A stretch of 64,000 nucleotides of DNA. Origin: a virus. The notes under the pieces are model-generated. The model saw only the letters and a list, made by a program, of their open reading frames with translations. It was not told the origin of the DNA and did not search any database. The position numbers were made by a program, and so were the translations under genes. The stretch is taken from the IMG/VR virus record IMGVR_UViG_3300020724_000005; one strand, given 5' to 3'. Positions 18,257 through 26,288 of this stretch are shown one piece after another (positions within the stretch are counted from its first letter, which is position 1; every line of letters starts with the position of its first letter).

Positions 18257-21200
18257 TTATTCTTTGATGTTTCTTTCATCTAAAAGCCCACCTGTTTCAC
18301 TTTGGTTCTCAAACAGGGACACCTTCTTGCCCGCAAACATCTTTGCCATGCTGTCTTTATTCTGAAGATACACCGCTTTAGTGCTTTCAAAGCTCAATGG
18401 TCCACCTTTATATTCTACCTTATCTTCTCCGCGTTCCATGCTAGATCCCATTCCTTTTCTGCCTATTGGATCTCTACCAAACGCACTTTTGTCAGTTCCG
18501 ATGATCGATTTGTACTTTTCAGGCCTTCCTGGCATCTTCACTGGCTCATTAGGATTTGTTTCGTTGTAGCCGTCTGGAACGTCTAAGGTAGGTTTTCCGC
18601 CGTACAGTCCTGCTATCTGGGAAGGAGTTCCGTATGCTGTGCCTGACTCTAGAGGATCGTTTCCTTCTGTCTCTATCTGATCGTATCTGAATTTGTTCTT
18701 TTGGTCTTCGATGATCATGTCTTGGAGCTCACCAAACGAATCAGGAGAAAGGTGGAATATGTTTTCCCAGATGTACTCTTTAGGAAGTATCGCTCCTTCA
18801 ACAGCTTGAGTTGCCAGATCGATCTTCTCTTTGAACATCGCTATCCTCTCCTGGTCGTATATGATGGACGGATTTGTCAGGCTCAGGGTGAAGTTTGCCA
18901 TGCCTTCGTCTGTGTATCCGTTTGCATATAGATGAACTAGAGCTATCTTCTTGAGCTCTGATACTATGATCCTCTGCAGTCTTTCTACAGTACGAGCAAA
19001 CCTGATGTCTTCTGCCGCGAGGGTAGCTTTACCTGTGAGGTCTTTTTCGTATCCCATGAACGCCTTTGGTATCTTCAACGCTGCGAATAGCTTTTCTCTA
19101 AAGTATATGACGTCTTCTATCGCATTGTACTCCAGGCCTTTCGCCGTATCTATCCTTGTAGACGTATCATTGCCTCTTACAGGAACTATGAAGTCTTCTA
19201 GTAGGTTCTGTTGGTTGTACTTTAGGTTGTATTGTCCTGTGTTAGGATCGATCAATGGAGTCTTCTTCATCTTGTTGATCATCCTCTGAACGTAGTTCTC
19301 TACCTCGTTTGGTGGTATCGCTCCAACGTTCGTGTAGAATATCCTTCTCTCTGGGGCACGAGTGATCCTATGGATCAACATGGCATCTTCTATGAGCGTA
19401 TACTGTTTAAACAGCTTTCTTGCTGGCTCTAGGTATGATCTGCCATAGGGAAGATAGTTGACGTCTCCAATGAGCCTGAAATGTGCCATCTCGTAGTTAT
19501 CAAACCACACTCCTGGGTCTTGGTTGTTGAAAGCCGAAGTGTATCCAGATGTTGCTGCCAATGCTGCGTTAGGATCAAACTTGAATCTCACCTCATTAGG
19601 GTTGTTCGGGTTGTATCCTTCCTGGCGCACTATGTTGTATGCTGAAAATGGAATTACATTATACACGCCAAATTTATCAGAGATCTCCATCTTTAAGTAG
19701 AAGTCCCCGTACTTGCACATGTTTCTTATCCAAGACCATAGATTGAACTCTATGTTGAGCACTGAGTAGAATAGGTTTTCTAAGATCTTCTGTATGTTTT
19801 CGTCTGAAGACCTTATAGTCAGTACTTGACCCTGTTCATTTTTGAGTGTACAATTGTGTGTATATATCTTAGACCCGTCTTTAGCCTCTATAGCAAATAT
19901 GTGATTGTCTCCTGCATTTACTATGTCATAAACATCTTCATATCCGCATTCTTCTATTGATACAACTTTATGATTAGATGATTTTGCAAAATCTTCTAAA
20001 GTTGAATATCCATTACCCAACACTATTCTTCTCAACTTATTGATAGTAATAGAATTACTATTACAAAAATCTGATACTAAAAATCTCTTTCCCTCTTTGT
20101 AAGTATTATTGCAATATGACCTAAATTTAATTATAGTATCAGTGCTATGGTTAGAAAGTATTTTATTTATTAGGGTTTTAGTATTATTACACTTATACAC
20201 AGCAAAGAGATCTCTAATTATTTTTCTCCACTCAAATGTTATAATATTAAGTTCTTTTTGTATATCTCCTAAAATATTTTTGTGGGGATCATTTTTTATT
20301 CTATCTATTATATATGCTAAGTTTATAGATTTTTTTCTAGTAGTTTGTGTATTATATCTACCATTTTTTTCTTTTGAAATTTTATATCCTTTTCCATACA
20401 TTCCATTTTTAGATCCACGGTGTCCATATACGATTTTTCTTTCTTCTGAACTCAAATTTTCCATGTAACTTTTCATGGAATCTGATTTCTTTTTCAAAAA
20501 AGACTGCTTATCTACATTTTCCCAAAAATGTTTTTGTCCTTCCATTAATTTTACGTAGTAATCATTTTTTTTGGGCGGATCTGAATTTATACTAACCCAA
20601 AGGTTTTTATTATATTCAGCATGAATTTTATTATGCTCATTCCATCCTACCCACTTTAGAAAATTAGGATTATTATTTCTTTTATCAAAAGAGTCATGGT
20701 GTACTACTGGTTTTTCTTTTGCTGGAATCTGATTCCTCTGTTCTTTTAAAAATGTAACCTGATTTGCTACTATCCTATGAGTATATTCGAATTTATCCCC
20801 ACTCCATATTTTTTCATATCCAGGCATGCTAGTTCCTTCTGATATTTTAGTAGAAAGAGCTAATATACTAGTACTAATTTTTATGTCACTAGTAGTTATT
20901 TGAGATCCACTGCTATCTATCCAAATATGATTAGATGTAGCTTTTACTTCAGTTCCATCATCGAAGGTTATTTTATATACCCTTTTCTTCCCATTATAGG
21001 CCACTTTTTCAGCTTTTACTGGACGGAATTCATTAGTTTTTTCATCTAAACCATATATCCATATGTCTTTTGCTCCTGAGTCGTGCAATTCTTTTATGGT
21101 CTTCTTAGTTCCATCTAAAAGAGGTATAACTGTATCTGCTCCAAGACATTCATCCGCTATAATATCCAATGCTGAAGCTATGATTGCATCTGTATCCATA

Positions 21201-21457
21201 GAATCATAATCAGCGTAGATCTGTACTCTCGCTGACTGATAGTTCATCGCCAGATTCAGGTTGACACCATACGCAGTAGAGGTGGTATAAACTTTGTGGA
21301 ACCTATCAATAAGAGAATTAGTCTGAATAACACCATTGGATTGGATATTATCTGTATCCATGACCGAAAGCATATTGCCCCCATCATTGCGGATAATAAC
21401 GTCCGTACTAAATAGTCTGCGGAGTGTAGAAAATAAATTCTGTTGTATTTCTGCCAT
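18257..21457 (-). CDS. Portal protein (gp20-like) interrupted by an intein
   Basis: 1066 aa. The N-extein ends ...YADYDSMDTDAIIASALDIIADE (resembles the T4 gp20 ALDIYADE block) and the C-extein starts CTLKNEQ.... The exteins total 634 aa. It is located between terL and the prohead protease. Confidence 0.8.
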   Translation of the reverse strand: MAEIQQNLFSTLRRLFSTDVIIRNDGGNMLSVMDTDNIQSNGVIQTNSLIDRFHKVYTTSTAYGVNLNLAMNYQSARVQIYADYDSMDTDAIIASALDIIADECLGADTVIPLLDGTKKTIKELHDSGAKDIWIYGLDEKTNEFRPVKAEKVAYNGKKRVYKITFDDGTEVKATSNHIWIDSSGSQITTSDIKISTSILALSTKISEGTSMPGYEKIWSGDKFEYTHRIVANQVTFLKEQRNQIPAKEKPVVHHDSFDKRNNNPNFLKWVGWNEHNKIHAEYNKNLWVSINSDPPKKNDYYVKLMEGQKHFWENVDKQSFLKKKSDSMKSYMENLSSEERKIVYGHRGSKNGMYGKGYKISKEKNGRYNTQTTRKKSINLAYIIDRIKNDPHKNILGDIQKELNIITFEWRKIIRDLFAVYKCNNTKTLINKILSNHSTDTIIKFRSYCNNTYKEGKRFLVSDFCNSNSITINKLRRIVLGNGYSTLEDFAKSSNHKVVSIEECGYEDVYDIVNAGDNHIFAIEAKDGSKIYTHNCTLKNEQGQVLTIRSSDENIQKILENLFYSVLNIEFNLWSWIRNMCKYGDFYLKMEISDKFGVYNVIPFSAYNIVRQEGYNPNNPNEVRFKFDPNAALAATSGYTSAFNNQDPGVWFDNYEMAHFRLIGDVNYLPYGRSYLEPARKLFKQYTLIEDAMLIHRITRAPERRIFYTNVGAIPPNEVENYVQRMINKMKKTPLIDPNTGQYNLKYNQQNLLEDFIVPVRGNDTSTRIDTAKGLEYNAIEDVIYFREKLFAALKIPKAFMGYEKDLTGKATLAAEDIRFARTVERLQRIIVSELKKIALVHLYANGYTDEGMANFTLSLTNPSIIYDQERIAMFKEKIDLATQAVEGAILPKEYIWENIFHLSPDSFGELQDMIIEDQKNKFRYDQIETEGNDPLESGTAYGTPSQIAGLYGGKPTLDVPDGYNETNPNEPVKMPGRPEKYKSIIGTDKSAFGRDPIGRKGMGSSMERGEDKVEYKGGPLSFESTKAVYLQNKDSMAKMFAGKKVSLFENQSETGGLLDERNIKE
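19853..21148 (-). mobile_element. Portal intein (432 aa) with an HNH + NUMOD-like endonuclease domain
   Basis: Block A CLGADTVIPLLDG (Cys codon 21146-21148). Block B TSNH. HNH core VVHHDSFDKRNNNPNFLKWVGWNEHNKIH. NUMOD3-like GSKNGMYGKG. Terminal VYDIVNAGDNHIFAIE...IYTHN followed by the +1 Cys (Asn codon 19853-19855). Confidence 0.85.
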
Positions 21458-21467
21458 ATTTTATTTT

Positions 21468-22895
21468 TTATCCCAATAGCCAATTCAGATCCTCTATAGT
21501 ATTTCCATTTACTGTAGTGATCTCCATTTGATATGGATTATTATTTATAAAGTTATTTGTATTGTAAACTGGGGATTCTCCCATCTTCTTCATCCCGTCT
21601 AATGTAGCATATGTTAAACTCTCTGCCGTCCTTCTGAATCTTATAGAAGAGTCTCTCATATACATCGATATCGCAAAAGACATCACAAGGTCATCATTGT
21701 ATCCTTGCATTGCTTGTGGTTTTGAGTTCTTCCATATGAACACTCTCAATTCTTCTAAAAGCCTAAGTGATCTTATCTTTACTTGCTTTGTCTCTATGAA
21801 GTCTCTCATCCTCTCTATAATAAGAGGTCTTGATGCTGACGACATAGTGAATCCAGGAACTAATGAGTCTGTTGCTCCGTATCTTTCAAGCCTCTTCTCA
21901 TTGTCTAAACTAAAATCTGTCCTATGCGAGTAGTGTAGGTTACTGTAACCGCTCTCGATCAAAGTCTGAAGAACGTCCCAACCTATGTTTGCATTCTCCA
22001 CAGCGACCAAGGCATTGTTGTACTCGAAAGCCGCTGCCAGTATTGTCTTTGCAAACTCTCTGGTGTCGCACTGGGCTTGGTATTCTGCTACCTGGGTCAA
22101 TGTATCTACGTCTATGATGTGGAACGCGGAATAGTCAGCTCCGTCTCCTCTTGCTACGTCTGCACATAACAGATAGGTTTTTAGAGGGCTTGGGTACTCC
22201 CATATCCACATTGCCTTATCGAGTCCCCTTCTTTCGATAGGCTCTAAGACCATGTTTTCTTCATACCAACTTAGTATGTCTGGGATGATGACAGTATTAC
22301 CCGATGAACTAAAGTCACAATCACACTCTTGCGCAGCCATTCTAACTCCAAGGTCTTGATCTTGTCTATCTCTCCAAGGTTGACTTCTTTCTGGGTGTAC
22401 TGTCCAAGGAAGTGATACTGGTACAAAGCTGTTTTCTTTTTTCTGCGCTTTTATATATGTTTTGTGGAACCAATTACCTACGCCGTTTGGAGTCGATAAT
22501 GCTATACATTTACCACCGGTTGCCAAGGTTTGCTGAGCAGAACCAAAAAGATCCTCTGCATTATCTATGAAAGCGCAATTATGACTAACTACATCATTTG
22601 TATAATATTCGTTTTTATTCTTTACGTTTACTAAATCATAAACTTCGAATTCTTCTTCTATAATATCAATAGAAATAATAGAAATATTCCCAAATAGTAT
22701 ATCGCCTACTCTCAATAAACACGCTTCTAGAAACTCACCATTTGGAAATTTAAGACAATGCCCCTCTGTACACTTTATAAAAGAATTATTTGATAATTTT
22801 ATATGAAAAATGATATTAGTAATCTTTGATAAAATTCCATCAAAATCACTAAACCCGGTTGGAGTTAAAATTTCATATTTAGTATTTTTTATCAT
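21468..22895 (-). CDS. terL: Terminase large subunit, C-terminal fragment preceded by a 106-aa C-intein
   Basis: Starts MIKNTKYEILTPTGF...TEGH (block B)...VYDLVNV...NDVVSHN|CAFIDNAEDLF. CAFI matches the T4 gp17 DECAFI Walker-B continuation. The 369-aa C-extein carries the nuclease/translocase part. Confidence 0.9.
   Translation of the reverse strand: MIKNTKYEILTPTGFSDFDGILSKITNIIFHIKLSNNSFIKCTEGHCLKFPNGEFLEACLLRVGDILFGNISIISIDIIEEEFEVYDLVNVKNKNEYYTNDVVSHNCAFIDNAEDLFGSAQQTLATGGKCIALSTPNGVGNWFHKTYIKAQKKENSFVPVSLPWTVHPERSQPWRDRQDQDLGVRMAAQECDCDFSSSGNTVIIPDILSWYEENMVLEPIERRGLDKAMWIWEYPSPLKTYLLCADVARGDGADYSAFHIIDVDTLTQVAEYQAQCDTREFAKTILAAAFEYNNALVAVENANIGWDVLQTLIESGYSNLHYSHRTDFSLDNEKRLERYGATDSLVPGFTMSSASRPLIIERMRDFIETKQVKIRSLRLLEELRVFIWKNSKPQAMQGYNDDLVMSFAISMYMRDSSIRFRRTAESLTYATLDGMKKMGESPVYNTNNFINNNPYQMEITTVNGNTIEDLNWLLG
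22578..22895 (-). mobile_element. Split-intein C-fragment (IntC, aa 1-106 of the 21468..22895 ORF)
   Basis: Contains the TxxH block B (TEGH) and blocks F/G (VYDLVNV..., VVSHN), followed by the +1 Cys. Confidence 0.8.
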
Positions 22896-23599
22896 TTTAA
22901 AAATTGTCTCATCGATTTTAATAACTGGGGTTGTTCTTCATAATTAATCATATTCGCATTTTTCTTAAACCAACTATCTGAAATTATTACCATTTTATAA
23001 GAATTATCTTTACACCATGATAATGCGCTTTTAAATTTAATTATATTTTTAGGATCCGATTTTAATTTTGATGGTTTTATTTCATATAAAATTTTTTTGT
23101 CAAAATCAACGAAATCTACTATATAAGATGATACTTTATTTTGATATTCATATTGTATTCTTACTTTTTCGTAGTCTAGATGTTGATTTAATAGAAAAAA
23201 TACAGCTTCCCAATTACTTCTGAATTTTTTTATGTCATCTTTAATTTTAATATAGCTTTTCCAATTTGTCCAACTATTAGTTATGCATGGCGTAAATTTA
23301 CCTTCTTTTATAAGTCTCTTTAATCTTATTGAATTCTGTCTTCGTGCTTCTATTACTCTAGGACTACTCTTAATCTTTTCTTTATGTTCCTGTGTCGATA
23401 CAGTTTTTTTATTTGATTCTACTCTTTTTCTTTTTGTTTCTTCTGAATCTTTATGGTGATTATGTGAAGTCCAACATGGTTGAGTACAGTATTTTTTATT
23501 TTCTTTTTTTGTTAAATATCTCTTTCCACATCCGGAACATTCTTTTTCTATAGGTTCTTTCCAATTCCACGAGTGTTTTTTAATATTCTCTATAAACAT
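22892..23599 (-). CDS. Free-standing putative homing endonuclease (Zn-ribbon + PD-(D/E)xK-like C-terminal domain) lodged between the intein halves
   Basis: 235 aa. N-terminal CSGCGK..x..C..PC, a basic middle region, and a C-terminal IVDFVDFDKKILYEIKP (D...ExK pattern). It has its own promoter-like motif 10 nt upstream, and its stop overlaps the IntC start (ATGA). Confidence 0.6.
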   Translation of the reverse strand: MFIENIKKHSWNWKEPIEKECSGCGKRYLTKKENKKYCTQPCWTSHNHHKDSEETKRKRVESNKKTVSTQEHKEKIKSSPRVIEARRQNSIRLKRLIKEGKFTPCITNSWTNWKSYIKIKDDIKKFRSNWEAVFFLLNQHLDYEKVRIQYEYQNKVSSYIVDFVDFDKKILYEIKPSKLKSDPKNIIKFKSALSWCKDNSYKMVIISDSWFKKNANMINYEEQPQLLKSMRQFLK

Positions 23600-23609
23600 T
23601 TGCTTTTAC

Positions 23610-23618
23610 TATAAATAT
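23610..23618 (-). promoter_or_regulatory. Promoter-like motif ATATTTATA
   Basis: 10 nt upstream of the endonuclease ATG at 23599. It abuts the IntN stop codon. Confidence 0.5.
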
Positions 23619-24217
23619 CAATAATGTCCAGATAATTTATTTTTTAATTCATTTATTGTTGTCTTTTCTATTTCGCCAGTATTTTTATTCTTAATTAATA
23701 TTTCAGTATCTCCAGTTACACATTCATCCATCACAAGAAGAGATACTGCTTCAGAACGAGCTGAGTCGCTTGCTCCTGACACTGCCTTTATCTGAGAACC
23801 GTTTGTGAGTCGTAAACTTAGCCTGTTGTCTTCAGTAGCTCCTATCTTCAACCAAGCTGGAAGGTTATCGTATGCAAATCGTACCTTTGTGACCATATTC
23901 TTGGCCGTCTCTTGCTTTGTTGCTATGACCAGTACGTTCTTATCTTTGTGGAATACCATGAGCCAGAGCGCATAAGCAGACACCAACGTTGATATCCCCA
24001 GCTGTCTTGACTTGTTTATTATTACATTTTGGTCTCCTGAAAAGACCTTTAGCATGGATTCTTGGAATGGGTATAGATCAAAGAGCATCCTGCCTCTTTG
24101 AGGGTGTTGGATCATGTAATACTTCTTCATGAAATATACCGGGTCTGTGGCGCATTTCACAAATTCTTCTCGTATCTTATCTTTGATAGTGGATTGCCTC
24201 GTAATCGGTTCGGGCAT
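23618..24217 (-). CDS. terL: Terminase large subunit, N-terminal ATPase fragment followed by a 34-aa N-intein
   Basis: Walker A SRQLGISTL (T4 gp17 SRQLGKT-like). Walker B LLVMDE, followed directly by CVTGDTEILIKNKNTGEIEKTTINELKNKLSGHY and a stop. Confidence 0.9.
   Translation of the reverse strand: MPEPITRQSTIKDKIREEFVKCATDPVYFMKKYYMIQHPQRGRMLFDLYPFQESMLKVFSGDQNVIINKSRQLGISTLVSAYALWLMVFHKDKNVLVIATKQETAKNMVTKVRFAYDNLPAWLKIGATEDNRLSLRLTNGSQIKAVSGASDSARSEAVSLLVMDECVTGDTEILIKNKNTGEIEKTTINELKNKLSGHY
23621..23722 (-). mobile_element. Split-intein N-fragment (IntN, 34 aa)
   Basis: Block A CVTGDTEIL begins at Cys166, right after the Walker-B DE. The ORF terminates before any block B. Confidence 0.8.
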
Positions 24218-24228
24218 AAAACTTTTGT

Positions 24229-24265
24229 TTATAAATATATCGGATTTGACTGAGTATATTTATAA
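24229..24265. repeat. 11-bp perfect inverted repeat TTATAAATATA / TATATTTATAA with a 15-nt spacer
   Basis: Left arm 24229..24239, right arm 24255..24265, in the terL upstream intergenic region. Confidence 0.7.
24230..24238 (-). promoter_or_regulatory. Promoter-like motif ATATTTATA
   Basis: 12 nt upstream of the terL ATG at 24217. It forms the left arm of an 11-bp inverted repeat. Confidence 0.5.
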
Positions 24266-24321
24266 GTCTCCTGCATCAATATAATCTTCAATGTTGATTT
24301 TAAAAAGTCTATCTTTGCAGT

Positions 24322-24780
24322 TTAAGTAGTTTCTTCAGGAGTCTCTGGTTTTTCCTTTGGTTTTTCTTCTTTTTTTGTTGGAAGCTCTTCTGACCTTGGT
24401 CCTTCTTCGCTCTCTGGACCTTCAGACTTTGATTTTGCTCCATATCTCTGTATCCTATTGATCGCCATAGTAGCCCTTTGGATGTCTCCTATGTTCATCA
24501 GATAGTAGCGCTTGCCTTGCACACCTGCTTCGTACGCTTTTCCCATGAACGTCATAAAGAAGTACTGATTGTTTTTTAGCAGTATCTTGAAGGTGGTCGG
24601 CTTTCCAGATATTATGAATATTCCATCCAAGTATTCTTCAAAGTTATCTCCCATCAAAGTTATTAGGTTCTTGTTGAGCCTTTTATACTTTCTCAGGATG
24701 TAGCCCATAGGATCTGCATCAAACTCTGGATTTGTGTGATCTTCATGTACTTCTTTGAGTATGTCTATCAGTTTTATCAT
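24322..24780 (-). CDS. Accessory protein with an MIKLIDILKE N-terminus (CTS-like family)
   Basis: 152-aa ATG ORF. N-terminal decapeptide shared with four other ORFs. PEK-rich C-terminal tail. Confidence 0.7.
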   Translation of the reverse strand: MIKLIDILKEVHEDHTNPEFDADPMGYILRKYKRLNKNLITLMGDNFEEYLDGIFIISGKPTTFKILLKNNQYFFMTFMGKAYEAGVQGKRYYLMNIGDIQRATMAINRIQRYGAKSKSEGPESEEGPRSEELPTKKEEKPKEKPETPEETT

Positions 24781-25040
24781 TATTTTTCTATTTGTCTTAA
24801 TGCCACTATAAGATCGAGTATTTTATCAGAAATATAATCTTCATAATCTGAACTTACTTCTTTTCCCCTAAGATAATAATCTTTCGTATAATCATCTATC
24901 TCAATATCATAAAAATCTTTTAGATCATCTATGATATCTTTATCTAACTTTTTAGATATTCTTAATTTTACTATAATATCATCTAAAGATCTTATAAGAT
25001 TATCTATATCTTTATTACTTTCTAAAAGTTTATTTGACAT
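24780..25040 (-). CDS. Small highly acidic protein
   Basis: 86-aa ATG ORF, D/E/I/K-rich (DDIIVKL...DIEIDDYTKDYY...DYEDYISD). Confidence 0.6.
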   Translation of the reverse strand: MSNKLLESNKDIDNLIRSLDDIIVKLRISKKLDKDIIDDLKDFYDIEIDDYTKDYYLRGKEVSSDYEDYISDKILDLIVALRQIEK

Positions 25041-25407
25041 ACCCTCTATCTTTTAGTTTTGATATGATATTGTCTACCTTATTTGATATCTTTTTATAGT
25101 GAGATTTCATTATAGATTCATCAAAAGATTCATCTACTCTAGATATTGGTTCTATACTATACCCAAAATAATTTTCTTTATCCTCTGGATTATAATATCG
25201 AGTTCTAGTTGTAAAAATATAATCATCAACTCTAGGATCATAGTCTTCTACTCCACGTTCCTCCCATTCATTTGATTCAACCCAACTTTCTGCTTCGTCT
25301 TTTGAATCAAAAATTCTGCTTGTAGGGAATTCTTCATCTCCATAATCTGTAAATACTACTCTGTATTTTATTATACTCTCTTTGGGTATGTCTATGAGTT
25401 TTATCAT
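25030..25407 (-). CDS. Accessory protein with an MIKLIDIPKE N-terminus (CTS-like family)
   Basis: 125-aa ATG ORF, acidic. Confidence 0.7.
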   Translation of the reverse strand: MIKLIDIPKESIIKYRVVFTDYGDEEFPTSRIFDSKDEAESWVESNEWEERGVEDYDPRVDDYIFTTRTRYYNPEDKENYFGYSIEPISRVDESFDESIMKSHYKKISNKVDNIISKLKDRGYVK

Positions 25408-25418
25408 TGTAATTATGT

Positions 25419-26018
25419 TTAAGCAACTTCTGATGCATATTCTGCTACGCTATGCATGTAATCACTAGCAAGAGTTATATATGCTGCAACCCATCCAGGA
25501 AGCTCTGTTCCTGGTTCTACCATGCTGTAAAGCTTTGATGCGTTAGATATCAGATCTTTAAGTTCAGCTCTTGCCATAGTGGCTTGGTGTCCAGAATCAG
25601 GTTTCCCCCAAACATCTCCACACTGGGCGCATTTTCCATTTACCATTTCCTCTCCACAGTCTGTGCAAACCTCTTCTGCTATTGGGTGTGTTGATTTTAT
25701 TGCATTCATATCCTGATTGTCAAATGATGGCTGCTTAAAATATCTTCTTTTTTCATTTCCGTAGTATATCTCTGGAGTCTCTGCTGGATTTGGGGTAAAC
25801 TCCTTTAAATTCCTCATCTTTGGAATAAAATGATCTTTTATCCAGTCCTGAGTCTTTTGGCTAAGCTGTTTTCTTGGAAAGTCTCTCTTAAACAGATTTT
25901 GAAGATGTAATCCTCGCTTTTTTAACTCTTTTTCTACGTAATCAGGAACATCTACTTCCATTTTTTTAGGATTTAGTGCTTCTGCTAAAAGTTTTGTTAT
26001 GAGGCTCTTTTTTGTCAT
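25419..26018 (-). CDS. Hypothetical protein with a CxxC-x7-CxxC zinc ribbon
   Basis: The track start (26048) is a GTG. The first ATG at 26016-26018 gives MTKKSLITKLL.... Zinc ribbon CTDCGEEMVNGKCAQCGD. A promoter-like motif lies 18 nt upstream of this ATG. Confidence 0.6.
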   Translation of the reverse strand: MTKKSLITKLLAEALNPKKMEVDVPDYVEKELKKRGLHLQNLFKRDFPRKQLSQKTQDWIKDHFIPKMRNLKEFTPNPAETPEIYYGNEKRRYFKQPSFDNQDMNAIKSTHPIAEEVCTDCGEEMVNGKCAQCGDVWGKPDSGHQATMARAELKDLISNASKLYSMVEPGTELPGWVAAYITLASDYMHSVAEYASEVA

Positions 26019-26036
26019 ATCTGCTGTTTTATATAG

Positions 26037-26045
26037 TATAAATAT
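26037..26045 (-). promoter_or_regulatory. Promoter-like motif ATATTTATA
   Basis: 18 nt upstream of the ATG at 26018. Confidence 0.45.
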
Positions 26046-26284
26046 CACTTAGGTTCGAACCAATCACTACACCATTTTCTAGGATCTTTTATGTCCATCA
26101 CAGCGTTTCCGTTCCATGCCTCGTAGTATTGGTTTCCACAGATGTGTTGGTCATTCTCGTAGCTGTAGTACTTGCATACTGCGCAGCTAAAGCCATCAGG
26201 ACTGTACATGAAAGGTTCATGGTTTGTTGGGAGAGTTATGTCCCCTTTGATCTCTTCTTTAAGTAAGTCTGTAAGCTTTATCAT
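26045..26284 (-). CDS. Accessory protein with an MIKLTDLLKE N-terminus (CTS-like family), Cys-rich
   Basis: 79-aa ATG ORF containing CAVCKYY...HICGN...WCSDW. Confidence 0.7.
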   Translation of the reverse strand: MIKLTDLLKEEIKGDITLPTNHEPFMYSPDGFSCAVCKYYSYENDQHICGNQYYEAWNGNAVMDIKDPRKWCSDWFEPK

Positions 26285-26288
26285 ATTT

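Noticed and set aside
21256-21483. 75-aa minus ORF spanning the terL stop and portal start.
   Set aside because: It overlaps two well-supported genes in another frame and has no motif.
22892-23599. Reading the terL region as one conventional intein with an embedded endonuclease (a single ORF).
   Set aside because: As given, the sequence has a TGA after IntN and a frame change before IntC, so three ORFs are reported. A sequencing-error or recoding explanation cannot be excluded and is listed as the refutation test.
24230-24238. Interpretation of the recurrent motif as a T4-type late promoter, TATAAATA.
   Set aside because: Read in the direction of the downstream gene, the conserved sequence is ATATTTATA. 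TATAAATAT appears only on the antisense strand, consistently at about 20 sites, so it is not the T4 orientation.
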